From a candidate division WOR-3 bacterium (GTDB lineage: Bacteria; Hydrothermota; UBA3072): 64,000 nt of DNA. The notes below the pieces were generated by a model, which had not been told where the DNA came from, did no database searches, and worked only from the letters and a program-made list of their open reading frames with translations. Of the stretch, positions 29,057 through 39,116 are shown one piece after another. A program made the translations under genes and the position numbers. The stretch spans positions 68,086 to 132,085 of the forward strand of contig JAFGHJ010000006.1 in the NCBI GenBank assembly GCA_016930175.1, in the 5' to 3' direction. Position 1 is the stretch's first letter. Each line of letters starts with the position of its first letter.

Positions 29057-29746
29057 TTATTCTCGAAGTTCGACCACCTCCGCGCAATTCTTTAAAATAC
29101 GCGAAGATTCTATCAAATATTCTCTTTCATAAGGTGCCTTCCCGGAAAATTCGGAGGAAAGTGTTTTAGTGTTTCTGAAACCCTGAAGAACGTACTTTTT
29201 AACTTTTTTTATTTTTCGACATATCTTTTTAAGATCGTCCTTGTCTACAACGCCGGGTACCATTGTAGTTCTGAATTCATAATCTTTAGTCCCTTTTATC
29301 ACCTCAATACTTGCTTCAACTTTTTCAAACCCTGTGTTATTTCCAGTAGCAATGGGATATTTTTTCGGTGAAGATTTTATGTCCATTGATATGTAATCAA
29401 CAAAAGGAAGAATTCCTTTTAACCCATCCGGCAGCATCCCGTTGGTATCGATTTTTATATCAACTTTTACTTCCTCTTTGACCCGTTTAAGAAAATCCGT
29501 CAAACCTGGCCAAAGAAGTGGTTCGCCCCCCGTGAAAGATACTCCATCTATAAAACCTTTTCTCTTTTTTAATTCATCAATTATTTTGTTTTCCGGTATA
29601 TCGGGGATTTTTTCCAGGAGTTCCGGGAGAACAAGACCTAGATTGTAGCAAAAAGGACATCTCAAATTACATCCGCCGATGAAAACGACAGACGCAATTT
29701 TTCCGGGATACTCTATTATACTGGTTCCTAAAAAAGACTTGATCAC
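29057..29746 (-). CDS. nrdG: Anaerobic ribonucleoside-triphosphate reductase activating protein (radical SAM)
   Basis: GGCNLRCPFCYN is the CxxxCxxC radical-SAM motif. 229 aa, immediately downstream of nrdD. Confidence 0.85.
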   Translation of the reverse strand: MIKSFLGTSIIEYPGKIASVVFIGGCNLRCPFCYNLGLVLPELLEKIPDIPENKIIDELKKRKGFIDGVSFTGGEPLLWPGLTDFLKRVKEEVKVDIKIDTNGMLPDGLKGILPFVDYISMDIKSSPKKYPIATGNNTGFEKVEASIEVIKGTKDYEFRTTMVPGVVDKDDLKKICRKIKKVKKYVLQGFRNTKTLSSEFSGKAPYEREYLIESSRILKNCAEVVELRE

Positions 29747-29939
29747 CTACTTTATTCTTCTTCTGCTCTTAAATATCTTCTCTCTCTGAATTCTTCTCTT
29801 TTGCCTTCGTTCCAGTCTTGAACCGGCCTATAGTAACCAACAACACGGGAATAAACTTCTGCTTTTACAGCAAAAACTTTTTCTATATCTTCCGTTTTTT
29901 CTTCTCTTAAATTTTCTATCAATTTATCTCCTTGTTTTC

Positions 29940-32054
29940 CTATTTTGCCTTGTTTAAAAAAACTTTCAGTTCTTTTTTCTCCTCTTTCCCCTCCTCAATT
30001 TTTCTATAGGAACCTTCTCTCATTTTTTTCAGCGTAACTTTACCAAGCTCTACAACCTGCCCGAATTCTTCCAATTCTTCTTCGGTATGCGGATATGGAC
30101 AGTAAAAGTGTTCTCCCGAAATATAACCATGTACAGGACAGATTGAAAAAGTAGGAGTGAAGCTAAAATACGGTAAGGAAAATCTGTCGACAATTTTCTT
30201 GGTTAAATTTCTTACCGTTTTCCAATCTGCAATGGCTTCACCAAGGAAGATATGAACGACAGTGCCTCCTGTAAACAACACCTGCAGCGGATCCTGATGT
30301 TCGAGAACGATAAAAGCATCATCCACTTCATCGACAGGCGGATGTACGGAATTTGTGTAATAAGGATAGACCGAACCCTTTGTATAAATGTCTGGAAATT
30401 TTTCCTTATCCTGTCTGGCCAGACGGTACGACGCACTTTCCGCCGGAGAAGCTTCAAGATTGTAAAGATTCCCTGTCTCTTCCTGAAACTCAGAAATTTT
30501 TTCATTCATAAATTCAAGAACTTTTATTGCCCACGATCTTCCTTCATCTGTCATAAGCCCTGTTTTAAACATATTGACGCAAGCCTCATTCATCCCGATG
30601 AGGCCTATTGTAGAAAAATGATTTGCCCAGTAAGAGTCAGTCACCTCTTTTATCTCTCTTAAATAGTATCGCGTATAAGGGTACAATCCTTCTCTTGTGA
30701 AATCTTCTATAATTTTTCTCTTCAGTTCTAAAGATTCCTTCGCTGTCTCCATAACATTTGAAAGCCTATCAAAAAAATCTTCTTCATTACCTGAAAGATA
30801 GGCTATTCTCGGAATGTTTATGGTAACAACTCCTATACTGCCGGTAAGAGGATTCGACCCAAAAAGCCCTCCACCTCTTTTTCTTAACTCTCTCTTATCT
30901 AATCGGAGCCGACAGCACATACTCCTCGCATCCTCAGGATCCATGTCTGAAGAGACAAAATTACTAAAATAGGGGATTCCGTATTTACCAGTCATTTCCC
31001 ATATCGGCTTAAGTTCTTCGTTTTCCCAATCAAAATCTTTTGTTATATTATACGTAGGAATAGGGAAGGTAAAAATTCTGCCCTTCGCATCTCCTTCCAT
31101 CATCAATTCCGCAAATGCTTTATTTATTATATTCATCTCCGCCTGGAATTCTGCATACGTAGCGTCTTTTTCTCTTCCCCCTATTATAACTTTTCTGTCC
31201 CTGAAACTTTCCGGAATTTTTAAATCGAGAGTAATATTTGAAAAGGGGGTCTGGAATCCAACTCTTGTAGGAACATTTATATTGAATAAAAATTCCTGTA
31301 AAGCCTGTTTTGTACCTTTGTAATCCAATTCGTCGAACCTAATAAAAGGCGCCAGCAGTGTATCAAAATTCGAAAAAGCCTGTGCTCCCGCTGCTTCTCC
31401 TTGAAGCGTATATATAAAATTAACAATCTGTCCAAGCGCGCTTCTCAAATGTTTTGCGGGAGAGGATTCGACTTTACCGCTCATCCCTCTAAACCCCTCT
31501 TTTAAAAGGTCCATCAGATCCCAACCCACACAATAAGGTCCAAGAATTCCCAGGTCGTGAATATGAAAATCCCCGCTGCTGTGCGCTTCTCTGATTCTGG
31601 GACTATAAATCTTACCAAGCCAGTAGCGGGCAGTTACAGATGAAGAGACATAGAAGTTTAAACCCTGAAGAGAGAAATTCATGTTTGAATTTTCTTGAAC
31701 TCTCCAGTCTTCTTTTTTCAGATACTTCCCCATTATCCCTTCAACATCTCTAAAAACATCTTCAACTTTACGAGCTTCGTTTCTCTTCTCCCGGTAAAGG
31801 ATGTAAGCTCTAGCCACATCCGGCAATTTCCTTAACATCAGGGTTTCTTCTACATAGTTCTGAATTTCCTCAACTGTCGGGACATTTCCGTTCTTGAAGA
31901 AATTCATATAAAGTGAAGTCTCAACTTGATTAGTTATAGCATTGGCGTCCTCTTTTGCTCCTATCGCTTTTAGAGCTTTAGAAATAGCAACGCTGATCTT
32001 CTTTTTGTTATACGGAACAACTTTTCCAGACCTTTTCCTAATAAGCCATTCCAT
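29940..32054 (-). CDS. nrdD: Anaerobic ribonucleoside-triphosphate reductase (class III)
   Basis: 704 aa. N-terminal ATP-cone (VVPYNKKKISVAISKAL), a large catalytic barrel, and a C-terminal Cys-rich Zn site (ICPVHGY...YCPYPH). Paired with nrdG. Confidence 0.8.
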   Translation of the reverse strand: MEWLIRKRSGKVVPYNKKKISVAISKALKAIGAKEDANAITNQVETSLYMNFFKNGNVPTVEEIQNYVEETLMLRKLPDVARAYILYREKRNEARKVEDVFRDVEGIMGKYLKKEDWRVQENSNMNFSLQGLNFYVSSSVTARYWLGKIYSPRIREAHSSGDFHIHDLGILGPYCVGWDLMDLLKEGFRGMSGKVESSPAKHLRSALGQIVNFIYTLQGEAAGAQAFSNFDTLLAPFIRFDELDYKGTKQALQEFLFNINVPTRVGFQTPFSNITLDLKIPESFRDRKVIIGGREKDATYAEFQAEMNIINKAFAELMMEGDAKGRIFTFPIPTYNITKDFDWENEELKPIWEMTGKYGIPYFSNFVSSDMDPEDARSMCCRLRLDKRELRKRGGGLFGSNPLTGSIGVVTINIPRIAYLSGNEEDFFDRLSNVMETAKESLELKRKIIEDFTREGLYPYTRYYLREIKEVTDSYWANHFSTIGLIGMNEACVNMFKTGLMTDEGRSWAIKVLEFMNEKISEFQEETGNLYNLEASPAESASYRLARQDKEKFPDIYTKGSVYPYYTNSVHPPVDEVDDAFIVLEHQDPLQVLFTGGTVVHIFLGEAIADWKTVRNLTKKIVDRFSLPYFSFTPTFSICPVHGYISGEHFYCPYPHTEEELEEFGQVVELGKVTLKKMREGSYRKIEEGKEEKKELKVFLNKAK

Positions 32055-32344
32055 TAATTAAACCTCCTTTGCCACTAAAAGATAAACCATTATTTCACAA
32101 GAGATACCAAGTCTTCACTTTTTTCGAATACCGAAAAAACCCTATAATGTAAATCGTTAATATAAAAAGACTCATTTTCTGCATTTTGTATGTTTATTTT
32201 TATATTAAAAAATCATTCTCATAAGTCAAGGGGTTTTACAAGAATTTTTTTGAAAAAAACAAAAAATTTTCCTTTTCTATCGAAGAAAAATTTCATATGG
32301 TCAAAATTGCCTACCCCATTTCTTTTATTAACGCCGTCGGAGAA

Positions 32345-32626
32345 AATCAGAGGAGTTACTGTACAGGAAAGCGTCTCGGAGGTTGAGCGGGCACGGTCTC
32401 TCTTCTATCTTCTTTAAATCTTAAAAGTTCGGGTATGCCTTTAATAAAAAATGTCTCGGAGCCCGAGCGAGCATGGTCTTTTGACGAAGTCAAAAGGAGC
32501 GAGGTCGAGAGCAAGCAGCAGTTTCCTCGCAGGGGAAACTGACTGCGGTTTTTTAGAAAGGTATACCTGAACGACACCCGTTGGGGAAATTGACCACGTC
32601 TTTCTCGGACAGTAACCCCTCTGATC
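32345..32626. repeat. 282-bp GC-rich element bounded by 18-bp terminal inverted repeats, containing internal direct repeats. MITE-like or a structured RNA.
   Basis: Left arm aatCAGAGGAGTTACTGTac at 32345-32364. Right arm ggACAGTAACCCCTCTGat at 32607-32626, which is its reverse complement with one mismatch. Inside are two ~28-bp direct repeats GTCTCGGAG(N)GAGCG(G/A)GCA(C/T)GGTCT at about 32373 and 32452. The element is strikingly GC-rich within an AT-rich intergenic region. Confidence 0.4.
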
Positions 32627-32740
32627 TCACAAATATTCGTAAATGGCTTATTCCTCCATGAAATTCCTTATAAATGTTGCAATAACTAACTTTGGATGTG
32701 GTGATGCTAAAATTTTGGGGTTGCCAAATGGTCAAAAATC

Positions 32741-33361
32741 TTGACTTTCCTTTTTATCATGTTAATTTTAAGAAGTATGAAGCCTTTAAACAGATATGTA
32801 ATCATAAGAAAACTACTACATCTCTCGACCGCTCTCGTACCTCTCTGCTATGTTTTTATCCCAAGATACCCCATGGTTATAAGTCTTTGCTTAATGGGCC
32901 TTTTTTCTTTATTCGTCGATTTTCTGCGGCTTGAGATTAAGCCCATCAGCAGACTTTTTAATCATCTTTTCGGAAAACTGCTCTGGGAAAAAGAAAAAGA
33001 GACCCTAACAGCTGCGACTCATTACGCAGTCGCCGCTTTTCTCTCGGTATATTTTTTCGATAAATGGATAGCTATTGCCGTATTGCTGTTCCTTTCCCTT
33101 GGAGACACTGCTGCCCATATAATCGGTGTACGGTGGGGTAAGCGGCGCATCGATTCAGAAAAAACCGTAGAAGGAAGTCTGGCTTGCTTGGTGATATGTC
33201 TTAGCGTATCCGCTCTTTTGCCTCAAGTGGACTTGATTGTTTTATTTGTCGGCTCGGTAATTGCTTCTCTTGTTGAATTTTTTCCTTTCGGTATCGACGA
33301 TAATTTTGCTCTTCCTCTGATATCCGGAGCCGCAATGGAAATTATGGTTAAATTGCTCTGA
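32741..33361 (+). CDS. CTP-dependent polyprenol/diacylglycerol kinase-like membrane protein (CdsA / dolichol-kinase / phytol-kinase superfamily, DUF92-like)
   Basis: 206 aa and polytopic. The motif GDTAAHIIGVRWGKRRI...KTVEGSLA resembles the C-terminal signature of the CTP-transferase 1 family. Confidence 0.4.
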   Translation: MTFLFIMLILRSMKPLNRYVIIRKLLHLSTALVPLCYVFIPRYPMVISLCLMGLFSLFVDFLRLEIKPISRLFNHLFGKLLWEKEKETLTAATHYAVAAFLSVYFFDKWIAIAVLLFLSLGDTAAHIIGVRWGKRRIDSEKTVEGSLACLVICLSVSALLPQVDLIVLFVGSVIASLVEFFPFGIDDNFALPLISGAAMEIMVKLL

Positions 33362-33465
33362 TTCTTCAATATTGCCATAAATTTTTTCAACAAAAAAAGC
33401 CCACACGATAAGGGGAATGTGGGCTTTAATTTTGAGCCGTCCGTCAAAGTTGTAAGGGTATTCTA

Positions 33466-34581
33466 TTATCTATAGCTCAAAGATAAATTAAAATGATTTT
33501 CTTCCCGCAAAGAAGGGTCTATTTTTATTAAAGCACTACTTGCCGCCGAGAAATTTAGAGCGACTCTTCCAAAATCAAGACCTACTCCTCCGGTAAGGAA
33601 TATCTGATCCCAACTACCTGGATCAAAATCAGGGCCAATTTTTACCGGGGAAGGTTCGGCGTAAAAACCTGTGCTCAAAGATAGTAAATCGTTTAATTTG
33701 TATTGTCCCCCGAGATGTAATCTGATTATATTTCTATAATCCCAATAACCGTCAGAATAAGCCAATGTCCAATGCATATATTCCGCTGACGCATTAAGAT
33801 ATATTTTGTCTTGTAAACTTATTTCACTCCCAAACCCCACAATGAGAGGCAGACCTTCATCGGCCTCAATCGAAGATACCGTACCATTACTATTTCTTTT
33901 ATAAGCCTCTCCAAACCCTTTCTTAATAAGAAAACCGAAAGAAAAAATATCGCTTGCCCTGTATTGTAAACCCAGGCAGGGCTCAATACCATATTTATCT
34001 ATATGAGAAAAGTATCCATCATATTCTGTTCCATCAGCGACAATATATGTACTTGAGCGCTGCCAGAACAAACCCATATTCAACCCAACAGAAATTTTGT
34101 CATTTATTACTTTTCCCACCGCAGGATTTAGGAAATAAAATTTTTCAGACTCAACATATTCTCCCGAAACGGTTATTACTCCAGACGTGTCAATAGCTGC
34201 AAATGACATAGAATCCCTATTGGCAAATTTATAAGGAACAGATAAAAATATACTTACGAAGCAATCCCCTCCAAACGGAAGAGCAACACCCAGATAGTCA
34301 GGAAAAGCGTAATCTAATCGAGAAATATCTTCCGGCATAGGAACAGGAGACATCTCTCCTTTTGTCATCTTAAAACCAGAAAAAACATTCAGTTTCTCTA
34401 CACAAGAAAAAGCAGCGGGATTATACAATCCGCACTCGACATCATTATTCATACCTATAGGAGCCCCACCTACGCCAAGAGAATAACCGCCTACGTCATT
34501 CTGCTGATAGTAATAACCGGACACAAAAAGAAAAAACGACAAAAAAAACATCATATTACCTCCGCCTTTAGAGTTTGACAC
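33466..34581 (-). CDS. Outer-membrane beta-barrel protein (FadL/OmpP1-like?)
   Basis: 371 aa. Signal peptide, then alternating amphipathic beta-strand pattern rich in Y and G throughout. Confidence 0.4.
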   Translation of the reverse strand: MSNSKGGGNMMFFLSFFLFVSGYYYQQNDVGGYSLGVGGAPIGMNNDVECGLYNPAAFSCVEKLNVFSGFKMTKGEMSPVPMPEDISRLDYAFPDYLGVALPFGGDCFVSIFLSVPYKFANRDSMSFAAIDTSGVITVSGEYVESEKFYFLNPAVGKVINDKISVGLNMGLFWQRSSTYIVADGTEYDGYFSHIDKYGIEPCLGLQYRASDIFSFGFLIKKGFGEAYKRNSNGTVSSIEADEGLPLIVGFGSEISLQDKIYLNASAEYMHWTLAYSDGYWDYRNIIRLHLGGQYKLNDLLSLSTGFYAEPSPVKIGPDFDPGSWDQIFLTGGVGLDFGRVALNFSAASSALIKIDPSLREENHFNLSLSYR

Positions 34582-34624
34582 AAAAGTTTTTGCATTTATT
34601 CATCCCGCTAACCACCTTCTTTCC

Positions 34625-34812
34625 TTTTATATATACAAAGTACTTTGTTCTTTAAAGTATTATACAAAAATTTCTTAATTTGTCAAGGGGTATTTTAAAC
34701 TATGCTTTTGGCTTTTAGCTGTTGGCTAAAAACAAATAATCAGTTTTTTTGTATTATATGGCTGTTAAAATATTCTTTCGGTGGGTATAGGTTGGGATTC
34801 TAAATTCTAACG
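34625..34812. repeat. Copy B of the duplicated intergenic element (see 700-950)
   Basis: About 85% identical to 821-948 over the core. It sits upstream of a minus-strand TTGACA-16-TATAAT promoter that drives the OMP gene. Confidence 0.5.
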
Positions 34813-34825
34813 ACTAACTTCTTCT

Positions 34826-35440
34826 TTACAGTGCTGCATCACGGATTATTGGTTTTCCGTCAGAAATGCTTTTAACGTACCTGGAGTCAATAAAGTCAAC
34901 CCATTTTTTTCCCGCGAGATATCTTGCCAACGCCTCTTCGGGATTCTCCGAAAAAATAGACAAGAATTTAAGATAAGCAAAACCAAGAAGGAGGTTATCT
35001 TCAACCTCATATAAATTATAGCTTACTTCGCTTAACTTTTGTTCTTCTTCGGCTGTCAGCCCAACGGAACCTGAATATAGAAGAACTTCTCCAATATATG
35101 AAGCTGTACCAGCCATTACTTGAGTAAGCCCTTTAGCATTAACTTTACTTGTGGCACTCGGTATAAAATCGCTTTCAGCTTGAATCCAGCGAACAACCAC
35201 CGGCCACCTCATCCAGAAACGAATGGAATAATCATACGCTCTTTTGATTGTCTCGCTATCTCCTTTCACTCCGCTGGATCTGGCGTATAACAAAGCTTGA
35301 TGACGTAGCTCTTCGTATTCTTTATGCCACCTTATCTGTGAAGTTGGAGATATAAAAGGTATAGGGATTAAAAGGAACATAAAGATTATTACAGTTAATA
35401 TTGGACGATAATTCTTACTCTTTTTTACTTTAAAAATCAT
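34826..35440 (-). CDS. Soluble lytic transglycosylase-domain protein
   Basis: 204 aa with an N-terminal TM/signal segment. The SLT catalytic region IQAESDFIPSATSKVNAKGLTQVM carries the conserved E-S and GLMQ-like motifs. Confidence 0.5.
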   Translation of the reverse strand: MIFKVKKSKNYRPILTVIIFMFLLIPIPFISPTSQIRWHKEYEELRHQALLYARSSGVKGDSETIKRAYDYSIRFWMRWPVVVRWIQAESDFIPSATSKVNAKGLTQVMAGTASYIGEVLLYSGSVGLTAEEEQKLSEVSYNLYEVEDNLLLGFAYLKFLSIFSENPEEALARYLAGKKWVDFIDSRYVKSISDGKPIIRDAAL

Positions 35441-35511
35441 CCTAATATAATTTACTTAATTTTTCGAATTTCGCAACCCCAAAAAGCTATTTCTTGTATA
35501 CTCATACAAAA

Positions 35512-35552
35512 AAACACCGCAGTACTTTCAAATACTGCGGTGTTTACCTGAA
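35512..35552 (-). terminator. Rho-independent terminator downstream of the lipoprotein gene
   Basis: A 13-bp perfect stem AAACACCGCAGTA/TACTGCGGTGTTT with a TTTCAAA loop. On the minus strand it is followed by a run of seven T. Confidence 0.6.
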
Positions 35553-35614
35553 AACTTATAATTACTAAAAATCACAAGGAGGTAAAAATAATTTTTGTCT
35601 ACATATCCAAAAAC

Positions 35615-36202
35615 TTATTTAAACTCTTTTAACCCTTCCTCCTCGCCTTTTTTATACTCTCTTAAGCTTTCAATTTCTTCTTTTAATTCTTGAAAAGACT
35701 GAGAAGCTCGAAAACGAGTATATAAATTTTCATTCTCACCTGAATATAACTGCTTTAAAAGCTCTTCTCTGGCTTTACCAATAGGCAGTTCCATAAGAAC
35801 AAAAGCGCGATATCCGTTGCCTTCCTCTTTTACCTTGGTTTTATTTTCTCTTGAACCTACAAGGGTTTGATCTACGACATTTTTAGAAACTTGAGTAAAC
35901 TGAGTCAGAAGCTCTCCTTCTTCGACTCCCCCTACTTCTTCATCGAATTTCTTTATCAACGCCATAATATGAGATTCAAGATTCTCTGCTATATCAAGTC
36001 TTGCTCCCTGTTTGGCTTTATCTATTGCTAACTGTAAATCCTGCGAAGTAGCTGTGGCTTTCCCGTATATGTAATCTGGGCTTGTTTGGGGTGTCAGATA
36101 CCAATCCGGGATTTCAATTTCGCCTACTTTTGTCGTTCCTTTGGAAGCACAACCAAGAACTAATATGACTAAGACCAAACATCCTGAAATTAACTTCTTC
36201 AT
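35615..36202 (-). CDS. Lipoprotein (LPP20-like)
   Basis: 195 aa. Signal peptide plus lipobox (VLVLGCAS). Charged and helical, with no catalytic motifs. Confidence 0.4.
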   Translation of the reverse strand: MKKLISGCLVLVILVLGCASKGTTKVGEIEIPDWYLTPQTSPDYIYGKATATSQDLQLAIDKAKQGARLDIAENLESHIMALIKKFDEEVGGVEEGELLTQFTQVSKNVVDQTLVGSRENKTKVKEEGNGYRAFVLMELPIGKAREELLKQLYSGENENLYTRFRASQSFQELKEEIESLREYKKGEEEGLKEFK

Positions 36203-36330
36203 AATACCTCCTTTTTTGTTGTTTTTAGTATATTTAGTATAGAGAAAAAAACAAAAAAGTCAAGATATTAAATAAATCATTGACAAAATGCACTTTTTCT
36301 CTATTATAGCAAAAAAAAGGAGAAAAAATA

Positions 36331-36522
36331 ATGGGAAAAAAATGTTTTATTTGCGGTAAGACAACTACTTTTGGTAATAAAGTCAGTCATTCTAAACGTA
36401 AAACAAGAAAAAAACAGAAGCCAAACTTACATAATATAAAAGTAGAGGTCGATAATAAGATCAAGAAAGTATACGTTTGCTCAAAATGTTTAAAAACGAA
36501 TAAAGTTAAGAAAGTTGTTTAA
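36331..36522 (+). CDS. rpmB: 50S ribosomal protein L28
   Basis: 63 aa. MGKKCFICGK...GNKVSHS...PNL...VCSKCLK is the canonical L28 pattern with the Zn-ribbon Cys pairs. Confidence 0.9.
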   Translation: MGKKCFICGKTTTFGNKVSHSKRKTRKKQKPNLHNIKVEVDNKIKKVYVCSKCLKTNKVKKVV

Positions 36523-36526
36523 TAAC

Positions 36527-37606
36527 TTATTCTATTGTTATGGGCATCAAAAGATAAAATATTTCTTTATGTTCTCCTTCTATTGTAACAGGTTTATTTT
36601 TATCTTCAAAACTTAAGATCACTTTTTTAGATTTAATCTTTCTCAAGAAATCTATTAAATAATTTGAAGATAGAGCTATATTTATCTTTTTACCCTTATA
36701 CTTTCCCTCTAATTCTTCTTTACTCTCGCCGATTTCCGAAAAAACCTCCATATTTAAATTTTCACCTAAATCTAAATTTATAGTTTTTGGTCTATCGTTA
36801 GAAAACACAGAAACTCTTTTAAGAGAAGAAAGAAACTGTTCTCTATCTAACGTAAGGGTATTATCGTTTTTCTCCGATAAAACAGCTTTATAATTCGGGA
36901 AATCAACTTTTATTAAATTTGAAACAAGCGTAAACTGGTTTCCAAAGAAGTAAATCCTACTATCATCTACACCTATTCTCATTTTTTTTGCATTAAAAGT
37001 AGAAAGCTGTCTTAAAATTTTTGGAGGAACAACTACCTTAAACGGCTTTTCTCCAAGATTAACTTTAATATCCTTGTAACCAAGACTAAAGCTATCTGTT
37101 GCAACTAATTTTAAGTTTTTATCTTGATATTCCCATAACATACCACTCATTTTTCGTTTAGATGAATCTTCAGGTACTATAAAAACAAGTTTATCGATAA
37201 TTTCTTCCAACTCTTTGGTATCTACTTCATAAGTTTCCTCCTCTGTTATAACAGGTTCGGAAGGAAAATCTTCTTCTTCCATTAAAGGTAAATAAAAGTA
37301 ACCTTTTCCATATTCGATTTTAACTCTACTTTCTTCTCTACGAAAGACTGTTTCACCTTTTATTTCTCCCATTATCGAAAACAATGTTTTAGCCGGAACC
37401 ACAATTACACCTGTTTTTTCTGTTTTACATAGATTTGTATTGTATACCAGAGAAGTATCTAGATCAGTTGCAAAAATTTTTAATTTTTCTTTTTCTACTT
37501 TAATTTGTACATTAGATAATATCGGAAATGTTGTATGAATAGGTACAATTTGTACTATAGCTTTAAATTCTTTTACAAAGTCTTCAGCATTTATAGAAAA
37601 AAGCAT
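36527..37606 (-). CDS. dnaN: DNA polymerase III beta subunit (sliding clamp)
   Basis: 359 aa with a three-domain clamp pattern. It lies immediately downstream of dnaA. Confidence 0.8.
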   Translation of the reverse strand: MLFSINAEDFVKEFKAIVQIVPIHTTFPILSNVQIKVEKEKLKIFATDLDTSLVYNTNLCKTEKTGVIVVPAKTLFSIMGEIKGETVFRREESRVKIEYGKGYFYLPLMEEEDFPSEPVITEEETYEVDTKELEEIIDKLVFIVPEDSSKRKMSGMLWEYQDKNLKLVATDSFSLGYKDIKVNLGEKPFKVVVPPKILRQLSTFNAKKMRIGVDDSRIYFFGNQFTLVSNLIKVDFPNYKAVLSEKNDNTLTLDREQFLSSLKRVSVFSNDRPKTINLDLGENLNMEVFSEIGESKEELEGKYKGKKINIALSSNYLIDFLRKIKSKKVILSFEDKNKPVTIEGEHKEIFYLLMPITIE

Positions 37607-37772
37607 TATTCCTCCCTTTTTAACATTATATATAATTATATAATTATGTAGTAGTTATTGTATACATTGTGGATAAGTGGATAACTAAAAAGCTTCATTT
37701 ATTCTTTTATTCTCAGTTGAGAATTTTGCATTTTGTGTGTGGATAAATTGTTTATAAATCATTTCTATTAAA
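37607..37772. other. Probable oriC segment: three co-oriented DnaA boxes and an AT-rich tract in the dnaA-dnaN intergenic region
   Basis: TGTGGATAA (reverse complement of TTATCCACA) at 37668-37676, aGTGGATAA at 37676-37684 and TGTGGATAA at 37738-37746. An AT-rich TATATATAATTATATAATTATG tract at about 37628-37650 could serve as a DNA-unwinding element. Confidence 0.55.
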
Positions 37773-39116
37773 TCAATTTTCTGTTAGTTTACTCTTTATT
37801 GTCGCAATTTCACTTTTTGTCCTCTTGTTCTTCCTTATTAAATTCTCAATTTTGTTGAAAGAATGTAGAATAGTTGAATGGTCTCTCTTTCCGAAATTAC
37901 CTCCAATTTCTTTTAAGGAAAGATTTGTTAAGTTTCTTGCAAGATAAATAGCGACTTGCCGAGCTTGAGCAACACTTTTAGATCTTTTATCTCCTTTTAT
38001 TTCTTCTTCATCTATGTTGTAAAATTCAGAAACAGCTTTAATTATTCTCTCCAATGTAATTCTTTTTTCTTTTTCTTTAATAAAATCAATTAATATTCTT
38101 TTAGCTAATTCAACGCTTATGTCGGTCTTATATATGGAAGCATGAGCCAGTAACTTTATTAGGCAACCTTCTAATTCCCTTATATTGTTTTTAATATTTG
38201 AAGCTATATAGTTAACTACGCTATCATTAATTTGAATATTATCGCTCTGTATTTTAGAACGCAAGATCGCTAACCTCGTTTCAAAATCCGGAGGCTGAAG
38301 ATCTACCATTAATCCCCAATGGAATCGGGAGATAACCCTTTCTTCGAGACCCGAAATTTCCTTAGGGGGGCGGTCTGAAGTTATAACTATTTGTTTTTTT
38401 GCTTCGAAGAGGGCGTTAAACGTGTGGAAGAATTCTTCCTGTAATCTTTCTTTACCTGATAGAAAATGAATATCGTCGATTAAAAGTAAGTCTATTTCTC
38501 TATATTTCTGTTTAAATTTTACGGTCGAATATTCCTGAATGGACTTAATCATCTCATTAAGAAATTCTTCTGTCTGGGTATAAAGTATTCGCAAGTTAGG
38601 GTATTGATTGTAAACTTTATTACCTGTTGCCTGCAACAGATGTGTTTTCCCTAAACCAACGCCTCCGTATATAAAAAGGGGATTGTATTCTCTGCCCGGT
38701 GCGTTGGAAACCGCCATAGCCGCAGCATAAGCGAATTTATTGTTGTCGCCTACCACAAAATTGTCGAAAGTATATTTATCATGAAGTAAAGGTTTTTGTT
38801 CTTTTTTTTGTTCTTGTTCTTTTTCCTCTTGCTTGTATGTTTCTATATCTGTCTTTTTATTTACAAGGAAATGTATTTTATGAAATTTTCCTGTAACTTC
38901 TTTTATCGAAGAATTGAGTTCATTCATAAAATGTTCAATTATCCAGTGTTGAGTAAATGTATTTGGAATATTAAAATAGACATCTTCGCCGTTTATTTCT
39001 TCCAATTCCATATTCGCAAACCAGGCTTTAAAAGCGGACTCGTTAATTTCTTTCTGGAGTTTTTCTTTTATTTGTTTCCAGTCAAATTCGTTCTGTTTCA
39101 CCTTTTTTTTTCTCAT
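37773..39116 (-). CDS. dnaA: Chromosomal replication initiator protein
   Basis: 447 aa. AAA+ Walker A (GGVGLGKTHLL), Walker B (LLIDDIHF), and the C-terminal DnaA-box-binding HTH with the signature ...HSTILHSFNKIE. Confidence 0.95.
   Translation of the reverse strand: MRKKKVKQNEFDWKQIKEKLQKEINESAFKAWFANMELEEINGEDVYFNIPNTFTQHWIIEHFMNELNSSIKEVTGKFHKIHFLVNKKTDIETYKQEEKEQEQKKEQKPLLHDKYTFDNFVVGDNNKFAYAAAMAVSNAPGREYNPLFIYGGVGLGKTHLLQATGNKVYNQYPNLRILYTQTEEFLNEMIKSIQEYSTVKFKQKYREIDLLLIDDIHFLSGKERLQEEFFHTFNALFEAKKQIVITSDRPPKEISGLEERVISRFHWGLMVDLQPPDFETRLAILRSKIQSDNIQINDSVVNYIASNIKNNIRELEGCLIKLLAHASIYKTDISVELAKRILIDFIKEKEKRITLERIIKAVSEFYNIDEEEIKGDKRSKSVAQARQVAIYLARNLTNLSLKEIGGNFGKRDHSTILHSFNKIENLIRKNKRTKSEIATIKSKLTEN

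Noticed and set aside
32345-32626. Cobalamin riboswitch upstream of nrdD
   Set aside because: I could not find the B12-box or GCCACTG-like core motifs on either strand. The idea is left as an open check in findings; no riboswitch is called.
32190-32735. Small ORFs (75, 73, 60 aa) in the nrdD upstream region
   Set aside because: They overlap the GC-rich repeat element on both strands and have no RBS or motifs. They are most likely non-coding.
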